DNA of 64,000 nt from Azolla caroliniana (Eukaryota; Plantae; Polypodiophyta), in NCBI GenBank assembly GCA_043228905.1, contig JBHGNT010000005.1:16616001-16680000 (forward strand), read 5' to 3'. Position numbers and translations under genes: made by a program. The stretch's first letter is position 1. The number at the start of each line of letters is the position of its first letter. A model generated the notes under the pieces. The model ran no database searches. It was not told the origin of the DNA and saw nothing but the letters and a program-made list of their open reading frames with translations. Of this stretch, positions 61,325 to 64,000 are shown piece after piece.

Positions 61325-64000
61325 GTTAAAGAAAAAGGTGAAGTTTAACGAGGGTAATTGGAACTTAGCAAAAAATGTTGAGCTTGACGATCATCCTGAG
61401 CGGAGTAGTACTAGTAATCCCCCCAATGACCAAATACGATCTGAAGCCGGAGAAGCAGAAGGTATGAATACTACATTCTCGAGTTTCAAATCGGAACATG
61501 ATCAATTAGGGAAGCTTCAAGTGAAGGATTTCATAGACAAGGATATTGATAGATACACACGACATCACAATGATGGTGATGTTGATGAAAATGTTGAAAA
61601 GCCATGCAGGAAACAAGGATTCACTATATCTAGAAATTCATTCTCACAAGATGCCATGTCAGATTCTTCTGTGTCTTCCTCTGCTTCATGTGGTGTGAAA
61701 TGTGAACCATGCAATAATAATAAGAGTTTTAGAAGCCTGAGTGATTCATTAGGAAAAAATTCACCCCCAGCTTCAGATTCATCTCTTATCAGCACTTCCC
61801 AACACCAGCCTTTCAAATTCTTATCGCATGAGTTTTATCGCAGTATGGGTGCCGGTTCTAATTCAAAAGAAATGACATTTTGCAATCCTGTTTTTGACTA
61901 TGATTCTACTCTCAACCATCAGCTGCCTGATTATGACAACTTTTCAAGACCAATGTTCAATTCTCGTAATGCTGATGGTGATACATCTTTTCCTTGAGAT
62001 TTACCACTCATGATACAATACAGCTGATTGATTATATATTTTGATGATGCTATAATAGCTATAGATAGCTTGTTTGATGATCAAAATAGCTGTTTGTTGT
62101 ATATTGGTGAACTACATATTCATATATGGCATGTCTGATTATATTTAATACAGCTGTTAATGTACTAGATACAATACAGTTTCTTAGGTTGGCTTGTTTG
62201 ATGAAGAGTTCATTTATCTTTTTATGTTGATTGAGCATGGAATACTAAAGAAATTCATGTCCTTTCTTGTTTGCAGATGAATTCAAATCAACTGTTGGTT
62301 CCACAAATTTTCTTATTGAAGTAAGTATCTCTAGGTTATTATTGACTTGCTTTTCTTTCTTGTAGTAACTTTAATTCAGAGGCTTATGTTTGTTTCTTCC
62401 GAACAAGAGAAACTGCATTTTTCATGCATGTAATTCTTAGCTAAAAGCTCACCCAAAGCCTGTAGATAAAATTTTAGCTTATTGTGTTGTGGTCATGATG
62501 TCTCTTCTCAGGGACACATTGATTCATGGTTTTCGAACAATCTACAGACCAAGATAAAGCAGCAAGTTGATGAAGCTGTGGCAGAATCTATGAAGAAATT
62601 TGAAGAAAGCATCAAGATTGATGTAGGGAATTTGAAGAAAGACATTGAGCTGGATTTAAAAGAAAAGATGGCTAAGGAAAATATTTGTGAGAGAGCAGCA
62701 GCAGAGCTAAACCTAATGCTGGAGGGAAAACTCGAGAAGCAATTCTCACTTCTCATGGAGACTGCTTGTGCAGGAAAGGAGAAGGTTATCAGTGAAATGC
62801 AGAGTGAACTCTCTGCTCTCCACAGAGAAGGTGAAGCAGTGAGAGCCAAAACACTAGGTCACATGGAAACGATGATGAATTTGGTTGAAGAAGTTAAATC
62901 CAAATTAGATAAAGAGAGTATGAGGTGTAAAGATGATAAGGCTTTCAAAGAAGAGTTGGAAACCATAAGAAAAGATGGAATGAACTCCAGATGCATTCTT
63001 GATGGTCTGAAGAAAGAAACCGAGGCTCAAATGAGTGAGATAAGATTGGCAATTGATAAGATCAACACAGAAGGTGTGATGCAATGCAAGGATCAAATTG
63101 GAGGAATGCAAAGCTTTGAGAAATTGCTTTATAAAGAATACATGGATGTGAAGAAAGTGACAAAGAGCTTGGAAAAGTCATGGAAAGACAGTCATTCTGA
63201 TATAGAAAAAAATAGATTGAACATCGTGAAGATTGAAAAAGAGTTGAAAGACAGGATAGGTGATTTAGACCAACTATGGAAAGAGGCGCATTTTAATACT
63301 GAAAATGACTTGAAGAACAGGGTAGGGGACTTGCAAAAGTCATGCAAGCAAGATGAATATGATGTAGAATCATTGAAAGAATTCATTGCTGATGTTAAGA
63401 AAGGCAGAAGCATGTGGAATAGGGACTCAGAGCTGAAGCATGTGGTGCAAACCCTAGAGAAATCATTTAAGCAAGGCTTCTCTGATCTGGAGGCATTGAA
63501 AAAATTCAAGGATGATGTTGAGAAAGGGCGAAGAAGCTTCTTAAACAGTGAACTCACAACAAGACAAGGAACATTGATCATGGAGAGGGTAGAGAGCTTA
63601 TCTCAGCTTTACTTAGGCGGGCTAGATGAAGTAAGAACCCAAATCCAAGATCTCAAATCACAGGTTCAAGCTAGGTTTAATGAACTTGAAAGGCATGTTC
63701 AAGTTTCTAAACAGAAAAGAGAAGAGTCCATGCAGACAACTTCCGCTCAAAGCTTACAAACCAGAATTCTTGAGCTTCAGCAGGGCCATATATTCACACA
63801 ATCTTTGGAGGATAAGCTTGAAGATAACATTGAGAAAAAAAGTGGGAAATTGCAGGATGGTCTCAACATTGACAAAGACACATCCTCTGTACAGCTTGAG
63901 GTGATGAAAATGTGTGAGGATATCCATAGAGAGAAAGAAGCTGCTCTTGGAGCTGCAACTACAGCAAAGAAGAAGATAAACAAAGTTGTGCAAGAGTTTG
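61325..64000 (+). pseudogene. 5'-truncated inverted duplicate of the coiled-coil gene (reverse complement of 56809-54131), continuing beyond the window
   Basis: Near-identical sequence including introns 1 and 2; one 3-bp AAT indel and scattered SNPs; lacks the first about 700 codons and the promoter. Confidence 0.92.

Overview
Eukaryotic land-plant genomic DNA, most consistent with a fern or other seed-free plant (inferred, not proven). It holds four host genes. These are the 3' 21 coding exons of a CTR9/VIP6/ELF8 PAF1-complex TPR gene (+, ending 17408), a complete 6-exon signal peptidase subunit SPCS3 gene (+, 37180-40865), a MAKR/BKI1-family gene (+, to 50689), and a large multi-exon coiled-coil gene of unknown function (-, 58899 to about 51.9 kb or beyond). 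A near-identical, 5'-truncated inverted copy of that last gene runs from 61325 to the window end. CTR9 introns hold at least seven fragments of one RTE-X-like LINE family. The 19-36 kb intergenic block is a hAT remnant plus a roughly five-level nest of Ty1/copia, Ty3/gypsy and solo LTRs. The most unusual signal is in the gypsy element. Its pol and a roughly 970-codon extra ORF are on +, but its right LTR is preceded by a sense copy of a tRNA-Arg 3' end (an inverted PBS) instead of a polypurine tract. All coordinates were read by eye and may be off by a few bases.
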